From Macrostomum lignano (Eukaryota), in contig NIVC01000181.1 of NCBI GenBank assembly GCA_002269645.1, forward strand, positions 647,693-711,692: a DNA stretch of 64,000 bases. Reading direction: 5' to 3'. A program made the translations under genes and the position numbers. The notes below the pieces were generated by a model, which made no database searches, was not told the origin of the DNA, and saw only the letters and a program-made list of their open reading frames with translations. Of the stretch, positions 28,405-43,129 are shown piece by piece (position 1 is the first letter of the stretch; each line of letters starts with the position of its first letter).

Positions 28405-29033
28405 CTGTGATTGGCGGCCCACTCAGACCTTCAAACCCTATTTAGTGGGCTACCTACTGTAGTAGGCTGTCTTGGCTGTCTTTCTCTTTGCTATGTATCT
28501 CTCCAAGCATTGTTATTGTTTCTCAAGAAGAACTGCCGTTGACAAAGTCTTTAACATTGTCGTACATTGCACCGAAACACTTTTTCAGTGTTAAAATCTA
28601 CCTTTTAGTAAGCATTCCATAGGCGGTGCCTGCAGTCTTATCGAAGGGCAACGCCGACGGAAGCGATGTCGCATCAGAGGTTGCTCCATGCCACATCCGT
28701 GAAATTTTCCCAGACATTTATTTTCATTCGATACCTCTCGATTCATGGGTGCATTCACGGATCTCTCGGTCACTTCCGTACACTCTCCCTCTCTTAATGT
28801 GTCTCAATCATAGACAGAGGTTGGTAACAGGAGGAAAGATAGAGTGGAGTATAGTCAATACCGAGAGTAGGTCACTACCAGAGCTGCGTCAAATTTAAAG
28901 TCCATTTTCAACAACAGATCGGAAACAATCGCTTGACGGATGTATTCACGACTATCCTCACTTCCGTTTAACCTCCCCGCTCTCGCTTTCGACCTTTTAT
29001 TTTCCTCGTCCTTGTCTCATTGTCTGCCAGTCA

Positions 29034-29804
29034 CTAAACACATGCCATCCACTTTCCCTGCCTTTCACGACTCAGTTGTTGTAAAATATTCTTACCAGCG
29101 ACGTTATTCTCTTCCTCGACTGATTCAGGCGAGTCATCGTCAGGCTGACCAACGACAGCGCCGCTGGTCGGCTGTGACAGCTCTGCGTCAGTGCCTGAGG
29201 CTGCAGCCACGACGGCTTGCTCGGAGGCCTCTGCCGATGCAGTCTTCGCTTTCGTCGTGGCGCTGTTGTTTGCCGCCAGCGGAATGCTGCGCTTACAGGA
29301 GGAGATCGAATGGTTGCGGCTGCTCGACGGCCTCTGGGCTGGCAATAACGATATCGAGATGAGGAACAGGTGTGAACGGGTATCACGTGCGGGTGAATAG
29401 GGCAGCAGTTGTGAATTTGTGCTAAATAAAAAGTAGATGTTCCATGAACTTTCTGTAAATACGAGTATTTTGATATCGAAGTTCTAAAATAGGTGAAAAA
29501 GCCTATCTTAGAGTTTGATGTCTTTACCTGTCGTCCCAACAGCAGCGTTACTTCTGTGCCGGCTTTTCTTGCTCTTAGATTTTCGGTTCATCCACAGAGG
29601 ACACTCGTCGATCGAGGCCTGTGCCGCGATGGAGAAGAAGTAGCCTTTTGCTAAGCGTCTGTTTTTAATAAGCCTCTGATGCATCTTCTCCAGTTTGCTT
29701 TTGCTGCCACCGATTTTACCAGATGTGGTCGCCACAACGGCGGCTTTGACCGCGGCTGCGTCCGAGGCGGCGACAGCTGAGACGATTGAGCGAAGTTTTG
29801 GCAT
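29034..29804 (-). CDS. Probable low-complexity host exons (possibly 5' exons of gene B)
   Basis: GC-rich Ala/Ser-rich ORFs ending at donor-like G|GTAAGA and G|GTAAAG; frame not resolved. Confidence 0.3.
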
Positions 29805-30855
29805 TTCTGCTGGCTAGAAGAATTCCTTTGAGCTGTCTTCTGCTTTCGCTCCTTTATCGCATATGTAAATATCTGCCTACTTGACCAAGGGCATGGATCG
29901 GAAGCACTCATAAATCCAGGGAGTTGCCCATATCTATGGTATTATGCTATGTTTATGTTTTGCGACTTTTTGAAAGCAACGACTTGTTGATATGAAGATA
30001 TGGGAGCAACCAGTCGTAAGTCTTCAGTCACATGGTGCAATCGATCACTTCTAAGAAAGACCGGCACTGGGCAGATGATTATTTATCCATTGCCTAGAGC
30101 ACAGACTGGAGAGCTCAATGCAAAAATTCAAATGCAAAAAAGTCTCAGCAGAACTTCCGCGGAGCCTCCGTGAGGGATGTGGAACTGTGGCCGTTATCTG
30201 TGTATCTGCATTATTTCCTTGATAGCAATGACTTCAAAAGAATCAAGTAATTAAGTAAAGAAAGTTGCACATTCGCTATGCTATTGACTACTTAGTAGCA
30301 GTAGTGCAAACGATTTTCTAACCAATGTTTTCTTTGCACGCACATGAAGCAAAACAAATCCAACAATCTATTTTGGTAAATTGAAAGCATTTGATTTGAA
30401 AGATTTGTTAATCTTCAATTACAGGCAAATTTTCATAGTTGCTACTCAACAAAACGATGCGAGAGAGGCAATTACTGAAAATGCAATCATAGTGTGTTAT
30501 TAAGAAATAGAATTTGTCGAAAGAGAACGATTTACACTGAAACTGAATGCTTTTAATAAGCAAGATGATGCATTTCAAGAAAAAGAAAGTGTCCTAGAAT
30601 AATGATCTGTCCTAAAGAGAGACACGGAAAGAGAGACACAGAGAGACAAATTACAATGTGACCTAAACGACAGGGCACGTTCATAGAAAAAAAGCGTGAT
30701 GCATCTAAGGAGACAAGAGTCGCCCTAAGCGACATAGTTGAAACATTGTATTGAACATCTTGTAAGAAATTTCAGCAGAAAATAAAATCCTTCCACATTG
30801 GTCTCTATCGGTTTTGAGCTCAGCACTGGTCACTTTCATTGCTTTCAAAGCGTTC

Positions 30856-31215
30856 TCAGAGCAACAAACGGTCAAGAAGTCGCTTGGCGGCAGATCCCCA
30901 GCGTCTGACGGCGGTCCAGGAAGACCGCAGCGACTCCCAGGTTCGTCGTCTACGTCGACTGTGCAGCATCGGCGGCGGTCGCTCCACCAGTCGAAGTTTT
31001 GCAGCCGCCTTCGCCGCCGCGTGTCGCCAATCCTTGCAGTAGCGGTGCCGGCCGCAGGCCCAGTACTCCAGGCTGGGCGTCTGGCCCTGGTAAAAATGCA
31101 GCACGCGAGGCGAGGCGACAGAGAATCGGACGGTCTTGACGCCAGAGGATAGTGACAGTTGCTGCGGCTGCAGATGCTGCTGTTGCTTCCGCTTTTTAGA
31201 CCACACCAGGTTCAT
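30856..31215 (-). CDS. Small host ORF with RVxF-type motif (KTVRF)
   Basis: ATG at 31215; GC-rich coding-like composition within AT-rich flanks. Confidence 0.4.
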   Translation of the reverse strand: MNLVWSKKRKQQQHLQPQQLSLSSGVKTVRFSVASPRVLHFYQGQTPSLEYWACGRHRYCKDWRHAAAKAAAKLRLVERPPPMLHSRRRRRTWESLRSSWTAVRRWGSAAKRLLDRLLL

Positions 31216-32560
31216 AATAGACGTTAGAATGCCGGTAAGCACCAGATTAAAGTACTTTGTCCACATACTTTTATCTCCTGTTATCTGCTGCTCTGCTGCA
31301 GCTGTGCGAAGGAAAAGTGCTGTGCGAGGAGTAACGGAGGCTGGGAATGCTGCAGCTAGGCTCTAGTTTTATGCAAATCCAGAGGGTTCACACAGCAGTG
31401 GCCAAGCGCTCCCTCATTGGCTGGGTCGGCTTGGCCAGGCCCGAATCCAAGCAACCGAACAGAACAGACAGTGATTGGGACGTCATTGCGGGAATGAAAA
31501 TTGGCGAGGGCAGAGGAACAAACGAATTTCGGGCGTGTCTGAAACTAGGTGGGCGCGGGGCTTTAGAGACATCGTAGCAGGCCTGGAGCCTTCAATCAAA
31601 TTCCCATATTTCCAAGGCTCCCACTCGGATAAATGCTGTAACCTTCATCCGAACTTGTCCATCGGGCTATCGAGGTGCCGAATTCCGAGCCCGCAGCTGC
31701 ACAGAAAAAGATGCGAGATATTATCTGCAATCAAAAAAGCCTTCAATAAAGCATTCTTTTCGACGGTTTAAAGTTTAAACAACGGTAACTTCTAGTGGTC
31801 CTTGGGTGTAGGTCATTCGGTACAACTATTATAGCTTAGCTTATTATACGAAAGAGTTAAAAGCATTTTTGGGTTTTTAATCTCATTGGTTGTTTTTCTA
31901 AAAATAGCCATGTATGACGTCAGTCACTAATTTATAAACGAACGTAGATTCGTTTTCCCGTCAGTTTTTGTTCATGGAAATTCAAAAGTAACATATTGGG
32001 TGACGTCAGTTTCTATTTTCGGAAACGAACGACGATGGTAATGACGTCATTAACTGATGAATTTAAACAGGCTGTTAGAGCAGTCTTATTGAAAATTTGA
32101 AGCATTCTTGTGTTTTTAAATGTTGCTTTTTCTATATTATTAATCGAAAAACAATGCTTTCATAAGAGCACTTTTATTACGGCTTCGGAATCACCATAAC
32201 CAAAATAAAGATGTACGAGTACAGTATTGAAATTCCATTAAATTTTCTGCCTTAGAGAAGCATTTTTGCAGCTGTTATAAACTGGCGCAGAGTGAAACAA
32301 AATGAAGCCAGACCTTTTGGTAATATTGAAATCTCTTCAGCGATGTGAACTATACGGCTGCGAGCGATTAGTTTACTTCGGGGGTGCTGTTTCACTGCAC
32401 TGTTTTGTTAAACGATATTGTAACAAAAAATAAAGCAGACACCAAAAAGTGGTCTGCTACTCGTCAAATTTAATTGCAAGTGCAACTTTAGTCACAGACC
32501 TCTTGATCATGAAGACACCGCATGACCTCTGGTGCAAGTCTGCTTTATATTCAATGTGAA

Positions 32561-32780
<220 letters not shown>

Positions 32781-34246
32781 TACAGGCGCAAAAGTACTTC
32801 GACAAGTTGGACTTCTTGAATCGCAGCTAGAGTCCAAAGGCAGTGTGGGTTGGCAGCTAATAAAAGGGAAATTGCGGAAGACCGGCAGCGGCAGTAAAAA
32901 GAGCCACAAAATGCCATCAGAAGAACAAGCCGATGGGCTGCTGGCACGGAAGGGTGAAGAGGAAATGAAATGGACTTTTTCTGGTCAGAAGTTTTTTAAT
33001 TTACTTTGGCGCACCTACAACCTACGTGCTTGGTCAGTTTTGGCCAAAGTTTCTTCCCAACAGCGACCTCCAACATGCAATTTAGCTTGTACGAGCGTAG
33101 GAACATAACAGTCAGATCAGTCTGATGCTAGCAAAAGCTACCAGCTGACGAGCTGACGAGCAGACGAAAGATTACAGTGGCTTGTCGTGCGATTCCCGCA
33201 TGTGACGGCCAACCCCTCTAAGGCACAGGTTGTGTGTCAAATGCCTGACGATGAGACGATGCATCCGTTTGCGTGCTAAGTGCGCGGCATAGCAACGTAA
33301 AGAACTAATTACTCGTAATTTGATGGGAACTAAAAGCAGAATGAACTGCACTAGCATTTTCTCTGCACTAGCATCAGTACCTATACGAGTAGTACCATAG
33401 GTACGAGCTAGTTACTGCATGCGGAAAACTCGATCAAGGACTACTACCGCGTGACTTTTTGGATTCGTGCATTTTACTATAATTCGTGTCCATCACCTGT
33501 ACACCATTGGCCAGAGGTCCTTTCCACCAGTCTCTTGCTGAGAGCAGAAATGATGCCGCTCAGATACAGCAGGAATTTAGTTACCCCAGGATAAGGACTT
33601 AAGCCATACTCAAGCTATCAACGCAATGCAAAGCAGGCTTGCTCTTTAATTTTAGTACTCTCAAGTCACTGCCAGAGGAGAGCTTTCTCTAGTCAGTCTA
33701 CCTTCTGATAACGAAACTCTTTGGTGCAAGTCATACAATAACTATTCTCTGCTCATTGCTCGTATGCTCAAGAAGTGCAGATGGTCTCTAATTAGTCACT
33801 TCTTTAAATAGAATTTGCGATGCGTAGCTGCATACAAGTAAATATCGATATAGTCAGTCCCACTCGCTGAACTGTAGAAAATTCAAAGTCAAAAGTCAGC
33901 TCAAATTCTCGTCAACTTGTTATTTTAAAAAATAATGCCATTTCTCCTAGTTTTTCATTTTGGCTATGAAAGGCGCATAGACTTTGTTCAGTATGGAAAT
34001 GTTTTATTTTTACACAGTGGAGCGGGTTTTGTTTTAAAAACAAAGCTAAAGAGAATAAAAACGTATATGAGAACCCATTAGAGAGGTGAAAAAAATATTG
34101 AATTTTTGAGCTTAACGGATGGTAGTTTAACTTTGCATCCTTTGCGAGCTAATGCGAAGAAGCATACTACGGGTTGTACACAAGGAGCCTAAGATTGGTA
34201 TGTAAACATCACTAAAATAGCACACAGAGAGGGAGAGAGCTGGTCG

Positions 34247-34777
34247 TCAGGAGTTAATCGAGAAGCAGCCGTTAGTGCAGGCGTGAATCACTCGCACGCT
34301 GATGTCCAAATCGCTGACTGACATCTGGCGAGACTGGCTGATCACCGGTGGCCGGCTCTCCGGTGAACTGCTACGCTCCGGCAACGTGGCCTGTCGAGCT
34401 TCGGCTATGGACATTGGCGGGCCGTCGCCAGCCGCAGTCGGGTAGGTCACTCGCCTGCCAGGCTGAAAGGGCATCAGCGGCTGCTGCTGAGACCTGACTA
34501 CTGAGTGCCTGGCGTGACGATTTCGATGCTCGGCAAAGTAGCCAACCCGCCAGCCCGTGTCCTGCCGGTAGAAGATCAGCTTGTTGCGGTGCTCGCAGAT
34601 TTCCACCCGAGCAGCGGCCTGCTGTCTAGAAGTTTTGGTATCAGCTGGTTGTGTCACATCTGCGGCATCAGAGGAGTCGGACGAAGCCGATGAAGCTGCT
34701 GAACTGTCCGGAGTCTTCAATATCGACCGTTGAAGCGAAGAATTGGGCGGTCGTTGATGATTACCAGCAGCTGTCAT
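34247..34777 (-). CDS. Small host ORF, disordered, with SILK motif
   Basis: ATG at 34777; coding-like composition; RSILKTP. Confidence 0.45.
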   Translation of the reverse strand: MTAAGNHQRPPNSSLQRSILKTPDSSAASSASSDSSDAADVTQPADTKTSRQQAAARVEICEHRNKLIFYRQDTGWRVGYFAEHRNRHARHSVVRSQQQPLMPFQPGRRVTYPTAAGDGPPMSIAEARQATLPERSSSPESRPPVISQSRQMSVSDLDISVRVIHACTNGCFSINS

Positions 34778-36605
34778 CTTTAGTTGAGAAGAAGTGCTGA
34801 AAACTGCTCTGCCTATGGCTCTGTGTCGGGCGGGGGTGAGCGGCAATTTATTAGCGACCGTCTAGGGCTAGGGAGGGGGGAGGGCTTGTGTGCCACGAGT
34901 GAAGCCCGGTCTCAACAAGTGCTTCACTTGTGACTCTCGCGGGTGCGCTCGGGCATCGTTCTCTCTAACACTCCCCCACCCAACCTTAAGCGATAGCTGC
35001 AACAGAAGTTCGACTGATTGCGACGCCATGCTTCACGCGGTCAACGCGTGTTCCGCTTTTCTCTACCCCAAACCCCTCCGATTGCTTTGGATACGAGCTA
35101 GATAAGACCTGGAAGAATTTCTTCTTACCAACGCCCGCGCTAAAGCTTTGCTTTGAACGATATTGCACTGACCTAATCTAGTCCGGGCTGCGTAGCTTCG
35201 AATGTCGGAGAAAGTCGGGCTTGACAAAAAGCTGAATAGCACAGAGGTACGAGTACAGCACTCTCGTACAGCACTTTCGCTTTTGCTACGGGCGCACTGA
35301 CTTGCGGGCTGGCTAGCGAGCTGGCGTTGTCTCCGAACAAAAACCTCGGTAACCTGCTTATGAAAGCTAGCTACACAGTTTTTTGTAACCTTTAAATTTC
35401 GTTCTGCCTTATCACCGAGATTGCTGCACTTTGTACGAGCGATGTTTAGTCATTCACTGGCGGGGTCACTCGCTCGATGGCACTGGCGTTCGAATGAGCA
35501 TTAACTGCCTGTTCTTTGCACGGAATTGGAGTTGATAGTTCAGGACTGTGCGAGTATGGGAGTAGCACATTAATAATGACTACTTATCTAAAGCAGATTT
35601 TGGGTTATACTCGTAAGACCGTTCAATGCTTTGAAGTGAAAAATATATTTCAAAAATGGTTTGAAACTTTATAACACTTGAAATATACTACTAGAATCAA
35701 TCACAATTATAGTAGTTATAGTGTGCGTGCGCACCCTAGTGCACTTTAAGCTACATTTTCACACAACCGGAGAGGCATTACGAGCGTACAGCGCATTCAT
35801 TTTCCACCTGAGACCCGGAGGGATAATGCACAGGCTATAGAATATCGAAATAGTTTTATATCAAAAAATTCCAATGCTTCACGACGTTACAACCTTCTCT
35901 CAAATTGTTCAGTTTTATGAGTTAAACGGGTATCATTCATTGTCCCTTGAGTCGCTTAATGTATGTTGTTAATACCATGGCATACCCACAATTTACATAC
36001 ACTGTACAAGTCTGGCGCGTGCAAGCTATTGGAAAGCATACAATAAGGCAAAGTACATACCTAATCGGTAGCAGTTAAACGTCCTGCTCTCGCTGTACAA
36101 AGGATTAATACAAATCGACCTGTTCCGTTTTAAGAAATTTCTCGACCGCAGCGAGCATAGAAACCCCCAGGTCCTAACTGCATCTCTGAAGGCTTGTTCA
36201 CGACCGCCATCATATGAGTCCAATCTTCATGAAGATTCATTAGTCGGCCCACTTCGTACTTATATTAAGATCCGAGCCAGCTTGTACCATTTTATACAGT
36301 TACAAAGCAGAACATAAACAGAAGCTGATTCCACACCTACGTTAGGCAAAAACGTAGGTGTGGAACCTCGCTCGTACATTCTCGCTTTGGAATTCAATTC
36401 TTATCAACGAAAAAATCATAATCAAAAGCTGTAAAGCCTCGTTTGAAGCGGTTTTACTGAACCAACCGTGGGAAGTTGTCACTCTTCAGTGTAAGAAATC
36501 AAGCAGAATATATCAATAAAAATATGCTGCAGTCTACTTCTTCCTTACTTGACGTAAAACAGGACGACAGGCCTGTCAGATAAAAAAACAAGAAGCAAGA
36601 AAACA

Positions 36606-37433
36606 ATGCAACGCAGTAGCTGCAATAAAATTGTCGCAACCGCTCTATTCCTAGCAATATGCTGCCTGCAGGTCGCCTCATCGCTGCAGGATTGCGCCGG
36701 AGCGTGCGAGCAAACGTGGGACCCGGTCTGCGGCACTGACGACAGGACGTACCCAAATAGATGCGCTGCCAAGTGCTCGGGAACTGACGTGTCTCACGAT
36801 GGACAGTGCAAGAACTTGATGAACTCGGGCGCTTTCGCCTGTACCGACAGCTGCGAGCAGAAGTGGGATCAAGTCTGCGGTAGCAACGGAAGGACCTACG
36901 CCAACAAGTGCATCGCGAAGTGCGCCGGCGTATCTGTCAAGCACACTGGGCGCTGCAGGACCTTCATGAGCACCGCTGCTTTCGCCTGTACCGACAGCTG
37001 CGAGCAGAAGTGGGATCCAGTCTGCGGCAGTGACGGCAGGACCTACGCAAATAAATGCATTGCTAAATGCGCTGGAGTTAGCGTGGTACACAATGGACGC
37101 TGCAAGACCTTCATGACCGGCGCTGCTTTTGCCTGTACCGACAAATGTGAGCAGAAGTGGGACCCAGTCTGCGGTAGCAACGGAAGGACCTACGCCAACA
37201 AGTGCATCGCCAAGTGCGCCGGCGTATCTGTTAAGCACACTGGACGCTGCAGGACCTTCTCAAGCGGCGCATTTGAGTCGGCGATTCCAACGAGCGGAGA
37301 TAGCTACAGGCCGAAGTACTGCAGCGGAGAATACGACCCAGTCTGCGGCGTGGATAATCGCACCTACGCCAACGCTTGCCTGGCCCAGCTGGCAAATGTT
37401 GCTGTGAAACACGCTGGACCATGCATGAAGTAA
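36606..37433 (+). CDS. Secreted five-domain Kazal-type serine protease inhibitor, single exon
   Basis: Signal peptide; four C-x3-C-x6-PVCGxxGxTYxNxC-x3-C domains plus a fifth domain lacking Cys1/Cys5. Confidence 0.95.
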   Translation: MQRSSCNKIVATALFLAICCLQVASSLQDCAGACEQTWDPVCGTDDRTYPNRCAAKCSGTDVSHDGQCKNLMNSGAFACTDSCEQKWDQVCGSNGRTYANKCIAKCAGVSVKHTGRCRTFMSTAAFACTDSCEQKWDPVCGSDGRTYANKCIAKCAGVSVVHNGRCKTFMTGAAFACTDKCEQKWDPVCGSNGRTYANKCIAKCAGVSVKHTGRCRTFSSGAFESAIPTSGDSYRPKYCSGEYDPVCGVDNRTYANACLAQLANVAVKHAGPCMK

Positions 37434-37589
37434 TTATCAATTGATGCTTTTCAAGCACTGAACCATCGTTGTGCTCTAGAAACAGGTTTAGCAACGGAAT
37501 AAGATCTTAACTAAAATAAATGCAAACTTTGAAATAGCATTAATCCCTGTGTTGCTTTTATTCTTTAGTTTTCTTGCCGCTACAGATAT

Positions 37590-40500
37590 CTGTAAAATCC
37601 GTAGAGGGATTCTGCCACCAATACTAGTAGATAACATCCGCAGAGGGATTCTGCCACCAATACTAGTAGATAACATCCGTAGAGGGATTCTGCCACCAAT
37701 ACTAGTAGATAACATCCGTAGAGGGATTCTGCCACCAATACTAGTAGATAACATCCGTAGGGGGATTCTGCCACCAATACTAGTAGATAACATCCGTAGG
37801 GGGATTCTGCCACCAATACTAGTAGATAACATCCGTAGGGGGATTCTGCCACCAATACTAGTAGATAACATCCGCAGAGGGATTTTCCACCAATACTAGT
37901 AGATAACATCCGCAGGGGGATTCTGCCACCAATACTAGTAGATAACATCCGTAGAGGGATTCTGCCACCAATACTAGTAGATAACATCCGCAGAGGGATT
38001 CTGCCACCAATACTAGTAGATAACATCCGTAGAGGGATTCTGCCACCAATACTAGTAGATAACATCTGTAAGGCGATTCTGCCACCAATACTAGTAGATA
38101 ACATCCGTAGGGGGATTCTGCCACCAATACTAGCAGATAACATCCGCAGAGGGATTCTCCACCAATACTAGTAGATAACATCCGCAGAGGGATTCTGCCA
38201 CCAATACTAGTAGATAACATCCGCAGAGGGATTCTGCCACCAATACTAGTAGATAACATCCGCAGGGGGATTCTGCCACCAATACTAGTAGATAACATCC
38301 GCAGAGGGATTCTGCCACCAATACTAGTAGATAACATCCGTAGGGGGATTCTGCCACCAATACTTGTAGATAACATCCGCAGAGGGATTCTGCCACCAAT
38401 ACTAGTAGATAACATCCGTAGGGGGATTCTGCCACCAATACTAGTAGATAACATCCGTAGGGGGATTCTGCCACCAATACTAGTAGATAACATCTGTAGA
38501 GGGATTCTGCCACCAATACTAGTAGATAACATCCGCAGAGGGATTCTGCCACCAATACTTGTAGATAACATCCGCAGAGGGATTCTGCCACCAATACTAG
38601 TAGATAACATCCGTAGGGGGATTCTGCCACCAATACTAGTAGATAACATCCGCAGAGGGATTCTGCCACCAATACTTGTAGATAACATCCGCAGAGGGAT
38701 TCTGCCACCAATACTAGTAGATAACATCCGCAGAGGGATTCTGCCACCAATACTAGTAGATAACATCCGCAGAGGGATTCTGCCACCAATACTAGTAGAT
38801 AACATCCGTAGAGGGATTCTGCCACCAATACTAGTAGATAACATCCGCAGAGGGATTATGCCACCAATACTAGTAGATAACATCCGTAGGGGGATTCTGC
38901 CACCAATACTAGTAGATAACATCCGCAGGGGGATTCTGCCACCAATACTAGTAGATAACATCCGTAGAGGGATTCTGCCACCAATACTAGTAGATAACAT
39001 CCGTAGAGGGATTCTGCCACCAATACTAGTAGATAACATCCGCAGGGGGATTCTGCCACCAATACTAGTAGATAACATCCGTAGGGGGATTCTGCCACCA
39101 ATACTAGTAGATAACATCCGTAGAGGGATTCTGCCACCAATACTAGTAGATAACATCCGTAGAGGGATTCTGCCACCAATACTAGTAGATAACATCCGCA
39201 GAGGGATTCTGCCACCAATACTAGTAGATAACATCCGCAGGGGGATTCTGCCACCAATACTAGTAGATAACATCCGTAGAGGGATTCTGCCACCAATACT
39301 AGTAGATAACATCCGTAGGGGGATTCTGCCACCAATACTAGTAGATAACATCCGTAGAGGGATTCTGCCACCAATACTAGTAGATAACATCCGCAGAGGG
39401 ATTCTGCCACCAATACTAGTAGATAACATCCGTAGGGGGATTCTGCCACCAATACTAGTAGATAACATCCGTAGGGGGATTCTGCCACCAATACTAGTAG
39501 ATAACATCCGCAGAGGGATTCTGCCACCAATACTAGTAGATAACATCCGCAGAGGGATTCTGCCACCAATACTAGTAGATAACATCCGTAGGGGGATTCT
39601 GCCACCAATACTAGTAGATAACATCCGCAGAGGGATTCTGCCACCAATACTAGTAGATAACATCCGTAGGGGGATTCTGCCACCAATACTAGTAGATAAC
39701 ATCCGCAGAGGGATTCTGCCACCAATACTAGTAGATAACATCCGTAGGGGGATTCTGCCACCAATACTAGTAGATAACATCCGTAGAGGGATTCTGCCAC
39801 CAATACTAGTAGATAACATCCGCAGAGGGATTTTCCACCAATACTAGTAGATAACATCCGCAGGGGGATTCTGCCACCAATACTAGTAGATAACATCCGC
39901 AGAGGGATTCTGCCACCAATACTAGTAGATAACATCCGCAGAGGGATTCTGCCACCAATACTAGTAGATAACATCCGTAGGGGGATTCTGCCACCAATAC
40001 TAGTAGATAACATCCGCAGAGGGATTCTGCCACCAATACTTGTAGATAACATCCGCAGAGGGATTCTGCCACCAATACTAGTAGATAACATCCGCAGAGG
40101 GATTCTGCCACCAATACTAGTAGATAACATCCGCAGAGGGATTCTGCCACCAATACTAGTAGATAACATCCGTAGAGGGATTCTGCCACCAATACTAGTA
40201 GATAACATCCGCAGAGGGATTATGCCACCAATACTAGTAGATAACATCCGTAGGGGGATTCTGCCACCAATACTAGTAGATAACATCCGCAGGGGGATTC
40301 TGCCACCAATACTAGTAGATAACATCCGTAGAGGGATTCTGCCACCAATACTAGTAGATAACATCCGTAGAGGGATTCTGCCACCAATACTAGTAGATAA
40401 CATCCGCAGGGGGATTCTGCCACCAATACTAGTAGATAACATCCGTAGGGGGATTCTGCCACCAATACTAGTAGATAACATCCGTAGAGGGATTCTGCCA

Positions 40501-42382
40501 CCAATACTAGTAGATAACATCCGTAGAGGGATTCTGCCACCAATACTAGTAGATAACATCCGTAGGGGGATTCTGCCACCAATACTAGTAGATAACATCC
40601 GTAGGGGGATTCTGCCACCAATACTAGTAGATAACATCCGCAGAGGGATTCTGCCACCAATACTAGTAGATAACATCCGCAGAGGGATTCTGCCACCAAT
40701 ACTAGTAGATAACATCCGTAGGGGATTCTGCCACCAATACTAGTAGATAACATCCGCAGAGGGATTCTGCCACCAATACTAGTAGATAACATCCGTAGGG
40801 GATTCTGCCACCAATACTAGTAGATAACATCCGTAGAGGGATTCTGCCACCAATACTAGTAGATAACATCCGCAGAGGGATTTTCCACCAATACTAGTAG
40901 ATAACATCCGCAGGGGGATTCTGCCACCAATACTAGTAGATAACATCCGCAGAGGGATTCTGCCACCAATACTAGTAGATAACATCTGTAAGGCGATTCT
41001 GCCACCAATACTAGTAGATAACATCCGCAGAGGGATTCTGCCACCAATACTAGTAGATAACATCCGCAGAGGGATTCTGCCACCAATACTAGTAGATAAC
41101 ATCCGCAGAGGGATTTTCCACCAATACTAGTAGATAACATCCGCAGAGGGATTCTGCCACCAATACTAGTAGATAACATCCGCAGAGGGATTCTGCCACC
41201 AATACTAGTAGATAACATCCGCAGAGGGATTCTGCCACCAATACTAGTAGATAACATCCGCAGAGGGATTCTGCCACCAATACTAGTAGATAACATCCGC
41301 AGAGGGATTCTGCCACCAATACTAGTAGATAACATCCGCAGAGGGATTCTGCCACCAATACTAGTAGATAACATCCGCAGAGGGATTCTGCCACCAATAC
41401 TAGTAGATAACATCCGCAGAGGGATTCTGCCACCAATACTAGTAGATAACATCCGCAGAGGGATTCTGCCACCAATACTAGTAGATAACATCCGCAGAGG
41501 GATTCTGCCACCAATACTAGTAGATAACATCCGCAGAGGGATTCTGCCACCAATACTAGTAGATAACATCCGCAGAGGGATTCTGCCACCAATACTAGTA
41601 GATAACATCCGCAGAGGGATTCTGCACCAATACTAGTAGATAACATCCGTAGAGGGATTCTGCCACCAATACTAGTAGATAACATCCGTAGAGGGATTCT
41701 GCCACCAATACTAGTAGATAACATCCGTAGGGGGATTCTGCCACCAATACTAGTAGATAACATCCGTAGGGGATTCTGCCACCAATACTAGTAGATAACA
41801 TCCGTAGAGGGATTATGCCACCAATACTAGTAGATAACATCCGTAGGGCGTTTCTGCCACCAATACTAGTAGATAACATCTGTAGGGGGATTCTGCCACC
41901 AATACTAGTAGATAACATCTGTAGAGGGATTCTGCCACCAATACTAGTAGATAACATCTGTAGAGGGATTCTGCCACCAATACTAGTAGATAACATCCGT
42001 AGAGGGATTATGCCACCAATACTAGTAGATAACATCCGTAGAGGGATTCTGCCACCAATACTAGTAGATAACATCCGCAGAGGGATTCTGCCACCAATAC
42101 TAGTAGATAACATCCGCAGAGGGATTCTGCCACCAATACTAGTAGATAACATCTGTAGAGGGATTCTGCCACCAATACTAGTAGATAACATCTGTAGAGG
42201 GATTCTGCCACCAATACTAGTAGATAACATCTGTAGGGGGATTCTGCCACCAATACTAGTAGATAACATCTGTAGGGGGATTCTGCCACCAATACTAGTA
42301 GATAACATCTGTAGGGGGATTCTGCCACCAATACTAGTAGATAACATCTGTAGGGGGATTCTGCCACCAATACTAGTAGATA
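37590..42382. repeat. 39 bp satellite (ATCCGTAGAGGGATTCTGCCACCAATACTAGTAGATAAC), about 120 units
   Basis: Direct; produces the MLSTSIGGRIPLR pseudo-ORFs. Confidence 0.98.
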
Positions 42383-43129
42383 TGTAAAACCCCATCGAAA
42401 TGAGTTAACTAGATTGAGTAAGATGATTTTTAATTGGACAAGATAATTGCACAGGTGCATATACATTTAGACTGAGATTATGGTTTCCAAACGATACGTT
42501 TATTAAACAGATAGAATAGTTCGCGTACAAATTACATCGCTTAATAAATTGGGTAGACAAAAATTACACACTGAGGCAGCAGCAGAATTAAATATCAGTA
42601 TCCTTATACTCTAAGCAATGATAATTTTAATAGTGATAGAATAATACAAAAAGCTAAGTGACAGCGCAGCAATAGGCGTTAACAGGCCGGCTAGCAACAC
42701 ACGTACTGGTCGGAACGAGCACAGAAGAGAAGCATTGCACAAATCAAAAGGTAAAAAGCACAAAAACGCTACTCACAAAAAACACCGCAAAAGAATTGAT
42801 AAAACTTCCAGGTGTACAAATTTGTAAAATTGCTACTGTGAGTATGGAAATCCATAATAAAATTTGTAAAAAACCAACTGCTTTGCAATAGAGACTATTC
42901 TGTTTAACGAATTTGGACGCGTATTCAAAACAGATATTTCAGCACTGGCTTTAAATAGAAAAGAGACAGAGCTGGCACTGGGACAGACAACAATGTTGTT
43001 ATTTTAAATCTCAATTTCAAAATTTCAATAAGTTTGTTTTTCATATAAAAGCTTAGCCATTCACTTAAAAATAACCGAAAAATTTAGTACGGAAGAATAA
43101 CGCTATGCAAAATAAACTGTCGTTTTGTT

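Noticed and set aside
33375-33412. Helitron 3' end (hairpin plus CTAG)
   Set aside because: Hairpin is AT-rich with a long loop and only 3 nt from CTAG; no 5' TC end or Rep/helicase evidence
37488-42466. CRISPR-like array or repetitive proteins
   Set aside because: 39-bp units are head-to-tail with no unique spacers, no cas genes, eukaryotic context
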